The notes under the pieces: model-generated
Database searches by the model: none
Told to the model about the DNA's origin: nothing
What the model saw: only the letters and a program-made list of their open reading frames with translations
Position numbers and translations under genes: made by a program
DNA from: Octopus sinensis
Taxonomy: Eukaryota
Assembly: GCF_006345805.1 (NCBI RefSeq)
Contig: NC_043003.1
Location: 98,952,001 to 99,016,000, forward strand
Reading direction: 5' to 3'
DNA length: 64,000 bases
In this document: positions 28,843 through 42,954 of the stretch, in pieces
Layout of the letters: each line of letters starts with the position of its first letter
How positions within the stretch are numbered: position 1 is the first letter of the stretch

Positions 28843-29108
28843 CGATCAACGGAACAGCCTGATTGTGAAATTAACATGCAAATGGCTGAGCACTCTACAA
28901 ACAGGTGTACCTTTAACGTTGTTTTCGTGGAAATCCAGAATGAGACAGGATACAGAATGAGACAGGACTGGCCCTTTGAGATAGAAGTGGTGGACTGCAG
29001 AATGGAAAAAAAAAAGTGTCTTGTTCAAGGACACAACGCGCCTCCGGAAATCGAACTAACAACCTTACGACCACGAGCCGAATAACCTAATCACTAAGCT
29101 ACGCGCTT
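28843..29108 (-). mobile_element. Diverged tRNA-derived SINE related to the 12096 family
   Basis: gatcaacggaacagcctg...ttaacgt body and a tRNA-like head at 29040-29108. Confidence 0.7.
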
Positions 29109-30871
29109 TAACAACTACAAACATTACCACTTCTGTGGGTATTGACGTTGTTCTTATGGTGTTTATATTGTTGATGTTGACAACTGTGATCGAGCAGGCT
29201 TATGAATAAACGGTGTAAAATGCAATCTTCTCGTCAGGAAAGGAAGAAAGAGCCTCTCTCAACAACAAGACATTATAACAATTACGATGGCTACCTAAAT
29301 GATAAACAGAACGTTATTAAGTATTAAAAAAAACCGTTGGTGCTATTAAGTTAGACATGGCCTGGACCAATCTTTGGTCGAAACATATCTAAGTTATCTA
29401 AGATATATATATATTTGTTCGTTTGTCTATATATGTGTGTGCGTGTGTGCACATGCATTTTACGGCAGAAATTCCTGCGATATCCGCCATTCTTGACAAA
29501 ACCTTTCTTCAGAAGTTCACCTTACTCTAATTAAATATTCCAAATAACTTGAGGTATTCGATCTGCCTTAGCTTTTGTTTTCCTTTTCCCTCTAATATAT
29601 ACCTACTAAATCCACTCACTTTGGTGTGCCCGAGGCTATGGTAGAAGACCCTTGCCCATGTTGCCACACAGAGGCATGTATACGTATGTATGTATGTATG
29701 TAGTATGTATGCATATGCATGTATGTATGTATGTATGCATGCATGTATGCATGTATGTATGTATGTACGCATGTATGTATGTGTCTGTATACATGCATGT
29801 TATAATGTACGTAAGTATATATGCATGCATGCATATATGTATGTGCGTGCATGCATGTATGTATCTACATATATATGTACATACATACGTGAAGGCGCGT
29901 GACTATGTATGCATAATGTTAAGCCATATGTGTGCGTATGTGTGTGTCTGTGTGTGTGTATGTATATGTGTGTATGTGTGCGTGTTTTTATGTAACTGCT
30001 ATGCCTACTTATAAGATTATCTGTGCATATATTTCTAAATGCTTGTACATTAATGTTTATGAATGCACGTATCATTATGCTCAACAAAAAGGTTTGCTTG
30101 AGTACTTTTCAAATATCACAACTTTCAGCCAACACAAAATGTACCTTCCTCGCCTTCCACTTCCCCATTCTCTCTGCATGTGCGTGTGTGTGTGTATATG
30201 TGTGTGTGTGTTTGTGTGTGTGAAATGGCCTAGTTTCCGGATAATGACCGCTTCACAATTTTCAAAACCTATATTTCTGCGCACATTTAATATCTATATT
30301 TCAAGACTTCATTGAGATTAAAGTGTCTGGATAAACATTACAATGTCAACCGCAAAACTGGCTCAGTACGTTCATGCCACGAGGCGTCGACACATACTGC
30401 ATCTGCGTTTTGAAACATTCTATTCGTGCATTCCTAACTTTGACTGCTTTTAAGCCATAAAGCCTAAAGTCAATGCTCCATTTAAATGCATAGAAACAAA
30501 GCATATGTGGACGGAGGGTATTGCAAACATACACACGTATAGATGCTTACATTCATAGACAAGCAGGCACGTAAACATGTGTTTGTTCGTTTGTCTATGT
30601 GTGTGTGTGTGTGTACATGCATTTTACAGCAGAAATTCCTGCGATATCCGCCATTTTGACAAACTTTTCATCAGAAGTTCACCTTACTCTAATTAAATAT
30701 TCCAAATGACTTGAGGTATTCGACTTGAGGCTCTGGTTTTTGTTGTCCTTTTCCCTCTAATATATACCTACTAAACTCGAAGCCTACAACGGAACTCTAG
30801 CTCCAGGCTCAGCTGTGCACTTGGAACATAACAGATGATCAATTATATATAATTGGTCGCATATAACACTT

Positions 30872-31145
30872 GTGGAGGCGCAATGGTCCAGTGGTTAGGG
30901 CAGCGGACTTGCGGTCGGAGGATCGCGGTTTCGATTCTCAGACTGGGCGTTGTGTGTGTTTATTGAGCGAAAATACCTAAAGCTCCACGAGACTCCGGCA
31001 GGGGGTGGTGTACTCCTTCACCACAACTTTATCTCACTCTCTCTTTCTGCCGTCCCGTCCAGCTGGGGGAGAACACATACGCCACAGAAACCGGGAAACC
31101 GGGCCCATGAGCCTGTCTAGGCTTGAAAAGGGCGCATAAATAAAT
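30872..31145 (+). mobile_element. tRNA-derived SINE (12096-type head, third tail type) with TSD
   Basis: gtggaggcgcaatggtccagtggttagggc...ggtttcgattctc; TSD atataacactt at 30861-30871 and 31146-31156. Confidence 0.88.
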
Positions 31146-31268
31146 ATATAACACTTACACAGCGTTTCTATCCGTTTAGATCACCAGTGAACTAACCCCT
31201 TCATATTCTTTACACACACATATTTATACACACGTTTATTGCTGCATATTATACATATATATTTATGC

Positions 31269-31313
<45 letters not shown>

Positions 31314-32238
31314 GTAAAGAAAGGAAAACACAGAAAGACTCATGTATGATAAGGGGTTTGAATATGTATTGAATATCTTAAAGTTTCGAAGGTTTCACTT
31401 TCTTCAGTATAAAAGGACGAAATATAGAGTGAGAGGGAATATGTGAAACGGTGATCATCATGAGAAACGGCATTAAAATGTAACGTTACCAGATTAAGGC
31501 ATGTGCCCTGTGCATGAAAACCATGCTAACGTGGAAAAGAGTTGCTAAGAGTGCGAAATTCGATACATAACAAAGTGTTCAAAGTTTGACATGCTAAAAT
31601 ATCGTGGATGAGCAGACATATATATATGTGTGCATGTGTGAGTGTACGTGTGTGTGCGTGTATATACTCTTAGTGGCATGTAACCTGACCTTTCAGTTGA
31701 TTGTGACTGACTAAACCGAAAACCCGACCTAACTTACTTTGAGAGGAGAGTATTTTCGTAGGGAAATTCTGCAGGATAAAAAAAACTGCCAAAGGGCGGT
31801 TGACTTCAATGTAGTCCAAAACTATCCAAAAGTTGGGGGTGAGGTAACCCTAATCTTTGATTAGCCTCCCCTCTCTGGATTAGACATAGCTATGTTGCAT
31901 ATGTTGTTCAGAGACTGGAATACGTTATTCTAAACATTAAAAATGCATGACAGAGGCATCGCTTTGATTCATATCGACGTTAGGTGTCACACACAGTGGC
32001 AACACATAACCAATAGTGTCAATCCACTCGATGAAGGATTCCATAATGAAATGAAGGAATGTATCAACGTCGGTGGAGAGATTTATAAACACCACTTGCA
32101 AGAGGCGCCCATCATTGCCTAATTGCGCCACAGAATGAGTCCCTAGTAGGAATGAAAAACACCATGAGTGCTACTCATATTTAAAAGAAAACGCATCACA
32201 GGACAGCTTCGTACAAAACTGAGTTGCAGTCATCATGC

Positions 32239-32421
<183 letters not shown>

Positions 32422-32689
32422 AAAATAGATAGATAGACAGACAGATATAGATAGATACATAAGTATGTATATATATGTATATACATATACCTGTATACAT
32501 ATATATATATATATACATACATACACATATATATGTATATTTATATACTTAAATATTTACATAAATACACACACACACACTATATATATATATATAATAC
32601 ACATATATATAACATATACATATGTATGTATATATATACACACATATACATGTACATTTATACATACAAACATACGTTATATATATATG

Positions 32690-32741
<52 letters not shown>

Positions 32742-32819
32742 TATACATATATATATGCAATCCTACAATGAAATTTTGTCTGCTTTAGTATATTTATACA
32801 TACATACATACATACATAA

Positions 32820-32853
<34 letters not shown>

Positions 32854-33197
32854 CATACATACATATATGTATATAGAATCTGCCAGTACATATATGCATA
32901 CGTACACACACGCGCAAAAGCACGCACACATATATATATATAGGTACATTATGGATTATGTATATGATATATATACAGTTACAGTAAGTAGCAATAGCAA
33001 TAGCATAACTTTGTTGTAATTTAAAAATATTAACATGCTAAATGAGAATAAACGTAAAATTAGTCGTGTGTGGAATAGTTGGGGATATTTGAAACTCAGA
33101 TTTTATACGCACACAGCCAGCTACCGACGCACACACACATATGTACATAGGTATATATATACGTGGGTATATATATTTATATGTATGAATGCATGTG

Positions 33198-33246
<49 letters not shown>

Positions 33247-33823
33247 ATATATATATATATATCTTCATATATATGCCCACACACGCATACATATACATAC
33301 ATACAAACATATCTACATACATACATGCATACATACACATACGTACGTACAAACATGCATACACACTTGCACGCACATACATATATACATACATACATAC
33401 CTATATTCATGCAGTAGTTTCTGGTATGCTAACAGACTCAGTGACTTCCTCCAATATATCAACTATTAAACTGAATTACTAGATCAGTTTCATAATTAGA
33501 AATGTAGTAAACCGTGTTCTGCTGGGAAACATTACATTATTAATCATTATAGTAAACTGATATTGCAGATATTGCTTTCTTTATTTCAATATTATAGTGG
33601 TAGTATTTTTAAAGCGTTAGCATATAATCCAAAATCGCAGTAGTTGTGGTTCGTGCAACTTAATGTTTGTGTGGTTTCTACTTTCTCCACATACTTCCTA
33701 TATTACTTATAAATCTATATTATAAATCAGCAAACCATGGTAGCTACATTTAGTTCATCTACATGCTAGAAACATCAGTCAAATGTTTCGGCCTGTTTTG
33801 TGGCACAAGTAATACACAGGACG

Positions 33824-33864
<41 letters not shown>

Positions 33865-33866
33865 TA

Positions 33867-33897
<31 letters not shown>

Positions 33898-34089
33898 AAT
33901 TAGTAAATAAATGGCACAACTAAGTACCGACATTTACTGGAAATAGCGAACGTAAAAATACGACGCTAATGTGTAGCTTCACGCGTATGTATTAGCAAAA
34001 ATGCGTGTGTGCAACAAATTAGAGAAAAAAAAACCGTCTTACCTCCAGGGAGAACATCTGAAAGATGAAACACCCGGAAAAGGATAATG

Positions 34090-34158
34090 TGGTACCTGCA
34101 GGTTCAGGTTTTACAAGATATGTCTCTCACCCATATTTTGTTTTACCTTCATCAGCCA
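34090..34158 (-). ncRNA. Type I hammerhead ribozyme, copy 1 (one A of GAAA missing)
   Basis: tgg-CTGATGA-AGGT..ACAAAATATG..CATATCTTGT..ACCT-GAA-CCTGCAGG-TA-cca. Confidence 0.7.
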
Positions 34159-34520
34159 AACATATACAAGACGAAATCTACGATGTTACCACATTAATAC
34201 TAACACACTCGACTGAAATGCGGAACGCTAACAGTACGAGAAACGGTGAAGAAGTTTCAAAATATCAGTAATGCAATACAAAGTATTGCCTTCCAGTAAA
34301 AAGTAGCCCGTGAGAGAAAAATACACAAATTAGTAAATAAATGGCACAACTAAGTACCGATATTTACTGGAAATAGCGAACGTAAAAATACGACGCTAAT
34401 GTGTAGCTTCACCGCGTATGTATTAGCAAAAATGCGTGTGTGCAACAAATTAGAGAAAAAAAGACCGTCTTACCTCCAGGGAGAACATCTGAAAGATGAA
34501 ACACCCGGAAAAGGATAATG

Positions 34521-34590
34521 TGGTACCTGCAGGTTTCAGGTTTTACAAGATATGTCTCTCACCCATATCTTGTTTTACCTTCATCAGCCA
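34521..34590 (-). ncRNA. Type I hammerhead ribozyme, copy 2 (intact)
   Basis: tgg-CTGATGA-AGGT aaa ACAAGATATG ggtgagaga CATATCTTGT aaa ACCT-GAAA-CCTGCAGG-TA-cca; palindromic stem III, GUA triplet. Confidence 0.9.
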
Positions 34591-34961
34591 AACATATACC
34601 AAGACGAAATCTACGATGTTACCACATTAATACTAACACACTCGACTGAAATGCGGAACGCTAACAGTACGAGAAACGGTGAAGAAGTTTCAAAATATCA
34701 GTAATGCAATACAAAGTATTGCCTTCCAGTAAAAAGTAGCCCGTGAGGGAAAAATATATATATATGTATATATATATATATGTACAGGACGAATATATAT
34801 GTATATATATAAGTATGTGTATGTATATATATATATATATATATATTATTAGTATTATTATTAGGGAATATCAATTCCAGTGCCACATGAATGAGACATT
34901 CAAATTAAAAATATTAGATTGAATTACTCTCAATAATTAATCCATACATATCAAAATATTT

Positions 34962-35471
34962 TTAGAGATAGAAACATCCACAACTTCATCAACTCCAAAT
35001 GATATTAACTCAAACAAGTCATAAAATATTAAATAATATACTTACTATTTATATTCATAACCCAACATTTCATATTACGGATTACGCGTGTTTCATGAGG
35101 TATGGTATTGTTAAGACACAAAGTCTCATTCAAAAACTCACTATGTTTACGCACTCCCAATCGTCAGGTCTACTTTCCCCACATTTATAAATATAACTTC
35201 TTATATATCAAACCTAGTAATATATAAGAAGTAGTTGTATTTATAAATATGGGGAAAGTAAACCTAACGATTGGGAGTGCGTAACATAATGAATTTTTGC
35301 ATGAGACTGTGTGTCTCAATAGCACACGTACCCTCATGAAACACGTGTAGTCCGTAATATGAAATGTTGGGATTATGAATATAAGTAGTAAGTATATTAT
35401 TTAACATTTTATGGCTTGTTTGAGTTAATATCGTTTGGAGTTGATGAAGTTGTGGATGTTTCTATCTCTAA
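34962..35471. mobile_element. Fold-back element (arms of about 245 bp) with one extended HHR motif per arm
   Basis: Arms 34962-35208 and 35220-35471; HHR motifs at 35079-35171(-) and 35260-35353(+). Confidence 0.8.
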
Positions 35472-35473
35472 CA

Positions 35474-35557
<84 letters not shown>

Positions 35558-36063
35558 CACATACATACACACATATATTAATATACAAGGGGAAATTTGA
35601 GAGGTATTCATCAGTCATTTGTCGCATGTCAAACCACAACACAGGGATTACTTTATTTTCTCCTATGTATAAGCTTATTTCTTGCCACTTCACGCGTTTC
35701 AGTTAGGCTCACGATCAACTCATCTTAATATAGGACCCCTTGCTACAATGACTGATAATTTCCTTGTTGGCTGAAAAGACTAATTTCGAGGGGTCGCTAG
35801 ATGTTGTGTTGCCAACTTGGTAACCTGTTGGTTCTCACTCTGAAATGTTGGTATTGCAGCTTCCGACGTGAATGCCAAGCAGCACAGCATGTCGATTCCA
35901 AATTTCTGGCAGAGTAAATTGCGTCATGGTGGTGTTTTTCCGCACTGATAGTGCTCAACTGACCCTACTGTACTGTATAGTCAACAAATCAAAAACAAAC
36001 AATGTGCATACGTGAAACTAAAAATACAAAATGGCGACAATTTATCCATCGCAACCTGTGTGT

Positions 36064-36102
<39 letters not shown>

Positions 36103-36714
36103 CCCACACATTTTTATATATTAAAGAATTAAAGATCCTGTTTTCAAAATTATGTGGCGAATATATTTCTCCGATAGGACGTTTTCCGATTATTCTAAAA
36201 GCTTCTATTCGTTTACACCAAGTTTCTATTCCAATTTTCACTAAATGGAATATAAGTTTGTGCTTTTACATATTACCGATTATATCACTACACCAACGTT
36301 AATTTGAATGTTGTTTCGCTGGTAAGATCATAATATGTCCGAAACATACCTCAAGTAGCACGCTGTATATGGTAAGACTATATTTTTTCACTTGCTTTTA
36401 TAATCAGTTTTAGTTGACTATTTCTTGCCTCTGGCATTAAGTAGAGTAATTCTAGCTTCATCTTATGCATATACATAGCCATACGTGCACACAAATATGC
36501 ATACAATATATCCAACCACATGGTTCCTGGTTCAGTCCCCACAATGTGGAACCTTGGTCAAGTCTTCTACTCGAGCCAACCAAGGCCTTGTGAGTGGATT
36601 TATTAGACGGAGACTGAAAGCCCGTCGTTATATATAATATAATCTATATATAATATAATATAATATATATGTATGATGTATGTATATATGTATATAGTAT
36701 ATTATATAGTATAT

Positions 36715-36758
<44 letters not shown>

Positions 36759-37057
36759 ATATATATGTATGTACGTATGTGTATATATATATATATATAT
36801 ATATAAGTAGTGTGTTGTGTATTTGTTTGTGAATCTGTCTTTGTCCCCCAAATTCGCTTGATAACCGATACTGGTGTGTTTACGTCCCCGTAACTTAGCA
36901 GTTCGGCAAAAGAGACCGACAGAATAAATAATAGGCTTACAAAAATAAGTCCTGGGGTAGATTTGCTTGACTAAAGGCGGTGCTCCAGTATGGTCGCAGT
37001 CAAATGACTGAAACAAGTAAAGGAATAAAAGAATACAATATATACGCATATAATATA

Positions 37058-37622
37058 TTGGGTTGTCCGGAAAGTTCGTGTCGATTTTTAAAGGAAAGAA
37101 AAAGGTCAATAAACACTTGTCATTACATTTTTAATCAACCAAATATGAACCATTTTGTTGCACAATGCATCTCCATCTTTCCTTTGACTTGAAAATACCT
37201 TCTTCCCAGAATTGAGGTGGTTTCATGGCAAAGAATTCATCAAGGTATCTTTTTATGTCATCCAAGGAATTGAAATTTTTACCATTAAGACTATTCTGCA
37301 GAGACTTGAATAAGTGGAAATCCGAAGGAGCAATATCTGGTGAATACGGAGGGTGGGGTAACACATCCCAGCCGAGCTGCAGCAATTTTTGTCTGGTTCC
37401 CAAACATCAAGTGCCGAAAATGAGCTTTCTTATTTTCCATTTTAAAGGGTTACAGAATTAACGCAGGTTATAGGAACATAAACCTTGTTCCACGAAAAGA
37501 TAGCTTAAACTGTGCTCTAAATGGAGACGTAGTCAAATCCTATTTTATGGACTCAACCATGTTCTAAAATAAGTCGAAAGATAAGCTGCTATAAATCGGC
37601 ACGAACTTTCCGGACAACCCAA
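37058..37622 (-). mobile_element. Internally deleted mariner element
   Basis: TIRs TTGGGTTGTCCGGAAAGTTCGTG.CGATTT, TA TSDs; C-terminal transposase WDVLPHPPYSPDIAPSDFHLF...NGSYLVD. Confidence 0.92.
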
Positions 37623-38584
37623 TACATGCATGCAATATGCATACAATATAAATACAAATATGTCTGTATGAATACATACACATACAGAAACACACAAGAG
37701 CAAAACACAGCTGCAAAATACATACTGAACAAGAGAGACTGCAGCATTTAAGCTCCAATACGCAAATGAGAATGTTATGACGCTTTTATGTCGACAACAC
37801 TACACATGTGATCAGCAGCTGTCTAACAGTATTATTAAGATACTACCTACGAATGTGATATGCAGTTATTGCTAAAACAATATACAATGCCATCTGTAAG
37901 AAAGATTGCCCTGAGAGAAATACAGAACATATTTCTAATATTGTCAACATACCTACGTTTCAATACATGAAATATTAGTGGGTTATCCTGATCAAAACTT
38001 CCGCTAAATGCAATTATATCAAACTTTATATAACTGCAGCTGAAAAGAAAACAAATGTGCAGCAATAAGATCATCTGTCCTGCAGATGTGTATATCTTTC
38101 AGAATCAGTGAGAAAGAGAATATTATAGACAACTGCTTCCAATCTTACAGCTTCTCTTAACCCTAACCTAGATTCGTATAATTTTTGGTGCAATTGGCTA
38201 TCTTTTTATTATATAATTACTTTTAGCCATTGAGTTACAACCATGCTGGAACATAAACCTTCGACAGTTTCATCGATTATATGTAACCCTGTACTTACTG
38301 TTTGTATCTGGTTCTTATTGTATCATATACGCGCACATGTGTGTGTGCGCGCACATATGTCAAATGTCTTCGTGGCTGATGAAGTAATTTCGTTTTAATC
38401 CTGGTTTCTGTCTTGTATTTTTACTTTTCCCAAATTCCCCAAACAGAAACAGATTTTCAAATAACTTTATAAAAGGTGCGATGAAGTTCGGATGAAGCGC
38501 TTGTGTAAGAGGATATCTCAAGGCTAATGACGCAGTATTCGGTGTTGTAACAAGGTATCCATGTTAAGTTGGATATAAAAATTA

Positions 38585-38890
38585 CCGTAAGTCCTCTCAT
38601 ATAGTCCGCTCTTGAGTATAATACGCAGGGGATTTTTAGGGGGTTGTACCTCTGAAAAACCTAAATCTTGTGTGTAATACGCACCCCTTCTCTAACTTGA
38701 GTCAAGTAGGTCTATATAACGTCCTTGGTTTCTAAAAATGTATTCAGTAATGTCCTTTATTATTATTGTATATATAATATAATGCAAACTTGTAGCTTTT
38801 TTGTGTGTTTTGCAACTGATTCAAACAAGCGTCCTGCCTTGGTATTCAGCTGAATCAGTTCACTTTGAAAACGTCGTGAATGATGGACCT
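38585..38890 (+). mobile_element. Possible Tc2/pogo-like DNA transposon end fragment
   Basis: TA-CCGTAAGTCCTC...gagtataatacgca terminus with a repeated subterminal taatacgca motif; right boundary uncertain. Confidence 0.4.
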
Positions 38891-39291
38891 TTGATGAAAT
38901 TGCAACGACTAGAATGCATAGTTGCATACAAAGCAATGTGCAGTTGCTGCAGTCGAAAGATGTGGGTTAGATATATGCTGTAGAAAACATTTAAATAAAG
39001 AAGTTTTCGGGTGTAAACAGAGATCTCCCCTCCCCTCATCGTTATCTACGTTATTAAATACTCTACGGAATATTTGTAGTTCTCGATAGGAACACGGAAT
39101 TACCCAGCGAGTGAAGTTTACCAGTGCCAATATCTCTGTCTAAGCTTGATTACTATAAAATGGACCGTTGTGGATAGCCGGCATCTAAACCAGTTTGAGA
39201 GCTAATATGGTATCCAGCAGGATAACTTTTCCTTTTTATACTCTCTCTCTCTCTCTCTCTCTCTTATATATGTATATATATGTATATACAC

Positions 39292-39369
<78 letters not shown>

Positions 39370-39420
39370 CATATATATACATATATATAAGGTTGAAGAG
39401 GAACACACGAGTTGATATAT

Positions 39421-39880
39421 ATGAAAAAAAAAGTAAGGTAGAAAATGCTAAAATAATTTTATAAAAAACATTTCACCACCGGTTTCAGTCATTGAGACTT
39501 TTTCAACTGTAAGTATGAAAAACAATTAAATTTTGGAAAAATTAAAAGAAAAGTTTTTAAAAGAATATTTGCATAGTATTCAAATACAAGGGGCATTTTC
39601 TTTGTTTCTGCCTATCTCCGTCTCTCTTGTTTACTCTTGTGGGTTCGAGGCCGTAACCTACAAGATAATCAAGAGAGACAGAGACAGGCAGAAATAAGGA
39701 AAATGCCCCTTGTATTTGAATACTACTCAAATATTCTTTTAAAACACTTTTCTTTTAATTTTTCTAAAATTTAGTTGTATTCCATACTTACAGTTGAAAA
39801 AGTCTCAACGACTGAAATCGTTACTGAAATGTTTTTTTATAAAATTACTTTTGCAATTTGTACTTTGACTTTTTTCCATA
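39421..39880. mobile_element. Fold-back element (arms of about 225 bp) with a U3-A8 variant HHR motif per arm
   Basis: Near-continuous inverted repeat with loop at about 39646-39654; motifs at 39474-39510(-) and 39791-39826(+). Confidence 0.8.
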
Positions 39881-40012
39881 TATATATATATATATTTAAA
39901 GCAGCAGAAAATTCAACAATTTTCTGCTGCTTTAAATAAAGCATACTACTCTACAACTGCTATTTGAGTACTCTTTTTTCCACCTTATTTCACATTTATG
40001 TGTTTACTCCGG

Positions 40013-40056
<44 letters not shown>

Positions 40057-41337
40057 TATTATATATATATTATATATATATATATATATGGAAAAAAGTC
40101 AAGGTAGAAATATATATATATATATACATACATATAATCTTAATCTACCAAGCTCACAAGGCATAGTTAGGCCTTGGGCTATAGTATAAGACACCTACCA
40201 AAGTGGGACTGATCCCGATTCCACGTGGCTGCGAAACCAAACTTCTTAACCACGCAGCCGTACAATTTAGAAAATTAAATTTATTCGAACCCATCTTTAA
40301 TACATCAAAATACTGTCGAGATTTGGGAATACCCAAACACAATTATATTATATATAACAAGATTCTCGTTTACAAATAAATTTTCCTTAAAGAACCATCT
40401 GTATGAGATGTCCAATGTCTTGTTGGTATGGCTTCGTAAATTGCCACAATCTGGAATTAATTCAGTCATCTCAGTGTCAGTTAATATTGTCATGTTCAAC
40501 TAATGCTTAATTCAATCTGTAAATGTCGTCATGTAATGTGATTTTATGCCAAATAATTAATATCGTTGTTGTATGTTGACTTTCGTTGGTGTAATTTAAT
40601 TTAATAGAGGAAAGTATATCTTGAACATGGAGTCCAATTAATTTGGCATGGTCACTGTACGAAAGAGAAAATAAATACCAGAACCACAAATATACGCTCA
40701 CAAACACTCTTACACGCACACACATACATACATACACGCACAAGCATACATACATACACACGCAAACGCACGCAGAGAAACGCAGACACATCACACACTC
40801 ACAAACACACGAATACACATGTAAATATGTATATACGTACCCAGTTATATATATATATAAGTATATATATATGTGTGTGTGTGTGTGTGGTGTGTGTGTG
40901 TGTGTGTGTGTGTGTGAGTGTGTAAATAAATAGAGAGAGGGAGAGAAAGAGAAAGAGAAAAAGAAAGAAAAACAGACGGAGAGAGACAGATACATAGACA
41001 GACAGAGACACAGACAGACAGGTAGAGTGAGGGGATATGCGAATGGTTTACGTAAAATAATTACAAAATGCTATCAGAAGTCTCTTAAATGATGTCTGAC
41101 GATGAATCCTATAGATTCTTCACTTAATATCATAGATTTACTCTTTTTTTTTTCTTCAGCCAAGATGGGTGAGGTATTTACTTGAATACATTTTTTTTTA
41201 CTCCCGTATTAGAGGTTCTTTCTTCTTATAATTTATGTCAAGCTTTTATGAATAGGTTCGGAGGTTATAGGTTTCCAACAAGCCAATAACTGGTTCACTG
41301 TTCACGTGCTTTGTCACACACATACACACGTATATGT

Positions 41338-41383
<46 letters not shown>

Positions 41384-41507
41384 GCTGCTTTGTTTATATA
41401 TATGTATATATATATATATAATATGTGTGTATATATGTGTATGTGTATATATACATATATATATAAGCATGTATATTTATGTATGTATCTATCTATCTGT
41501 CTATCTA

Positions 41508-41566
<59 letters not shown>

Positions 41567-41595
41567 ATATTAGATACATATATATATATATATAA

Positions 41596-41643
<48 letters not shown>

Positions 41644-41693
41644 CATATGTATATGTGTGCATGAATATAAATATATATATATATATATATATA

Positions 41694-41738
<45 letters not shown>

Positions 41739-42920
41739 TTAGTCTGTTGGACACGTGTTGCCACTCAGTTGTTGACGGTGGTCGCACTGGCTGTGTGGTT
41801 GATGAAACTCTTGATACAATAATTGTTGTGAGTTTTTTGTTGTTATTTTCACTCTTGGTTGTTATGGTTATCGTTTCCTTTACTTTTTTTTATTTCTATT
41901 TGTTATATTTACTTTTCTGTTCCCTTCTTTCTTTATTTATTTGTTTATTATTTATTTCTTAATTCGTTTTCAAAGCTGACATAACTTGGGACAATGGTAA
42001 GCATGACCTTCGTGAATTATATCCAATAACCGAACATGTAATAGCTGTGTATATACCAACAAGAATTAGCAGCCCCTAAGGCACAGAAGGTCGAAATGAA
42101 ATCGTGCGTAGCCAAAAAAAAAACGAAAAAAAAAAAACAAAACATAGAGGCCACTTATACATATATGCATGTAAACTCATGTACATAATATAATATACAT
42201 ACATACACACGTATACGCACGTAGAAAAAATAAACTGAAGAGAAATAAAGTGCCTAGATGAACAGAGGAAATAACGACAATAACGAAACAACAGAATTGA
42301 AAGAATATACAAAGTTTAACTAGCTAATGATTAAATAATCCTTAACATAATAACCCCTTAAAATCCCAAGACTCTTAGAAATCCTTTGAAATATAATATT
42401 TTTAAGGAGGTGGGGGTTAAATAGTACGCACACATATATACATGCATATATACACACATATATGTTTGTATACTATTGTATATTGTGTGTGTGTGTGTTT
42501 GTAATGTAATGAAAAAGAGAGCAATCTAGAACAGAGAATATAGTTGTCAGGAACATTAATTAGAGATTGTTATAGCAATATAATATGGAAATACAAGGTT
42601 TCTCTTTTGTTAGAAGAGAATGACAAGAAATATCTTGTAAAATTACATTTATATAGAAAAATAGAAGCAAATAAGGACATTTATATTTAAGGTAGAAAAT
42701 TGAGAAAATTGGTAAACTTTACAAAATAAAATAGCACATTAAATGTGTGACTATAAGTGTGTGTATGAGTGTGTATTATGATTGCACTTTCAGATAATGT
42801 TTGGTTTTGTATATGATTTTAGACAAAACTCTCCCTACAGACTCATGCCCACACACATACATATATAGAAATCTACACATACAAACATATATGTAAATGT
42901 ATATGTATACATATATATGC

Positions 42921-42954
<34 letters not shown>

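Larger units (their letters stand above)
33891..34753 (-). mobile_element. Tandem dimer of a 430-bp HHR-containing unit (retrozyme-like or tandem PLE pLTR)
   Basis: Units 33891-34320 and 34321-34753 are near-identical, flanked by (TA)n, each with one HHR. Confidence 0.85.

Noticed and set aside
28180-28877. ORFs over 200 aa with poly-S/L/G/V/P runs (also 8251-8616 and 15792-16071)
   Set aside because: Triplet repeats open on both strands and in several frames, with no domain signal
31998-32125. Short open frame WQHITNSV...CINVGGEIYKHHL (similar trace at about 43000-43340)
   Set aside because: Resembles an eroded Tc1/mariner C-terminus rather than a host exon; too degenerate to annotate
41096-41120. 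CTGACGA followed by a GAATC/GATTC hairpin
   Set aside because: No GAAA or stem III follows, so it is not a supportable hammerhead
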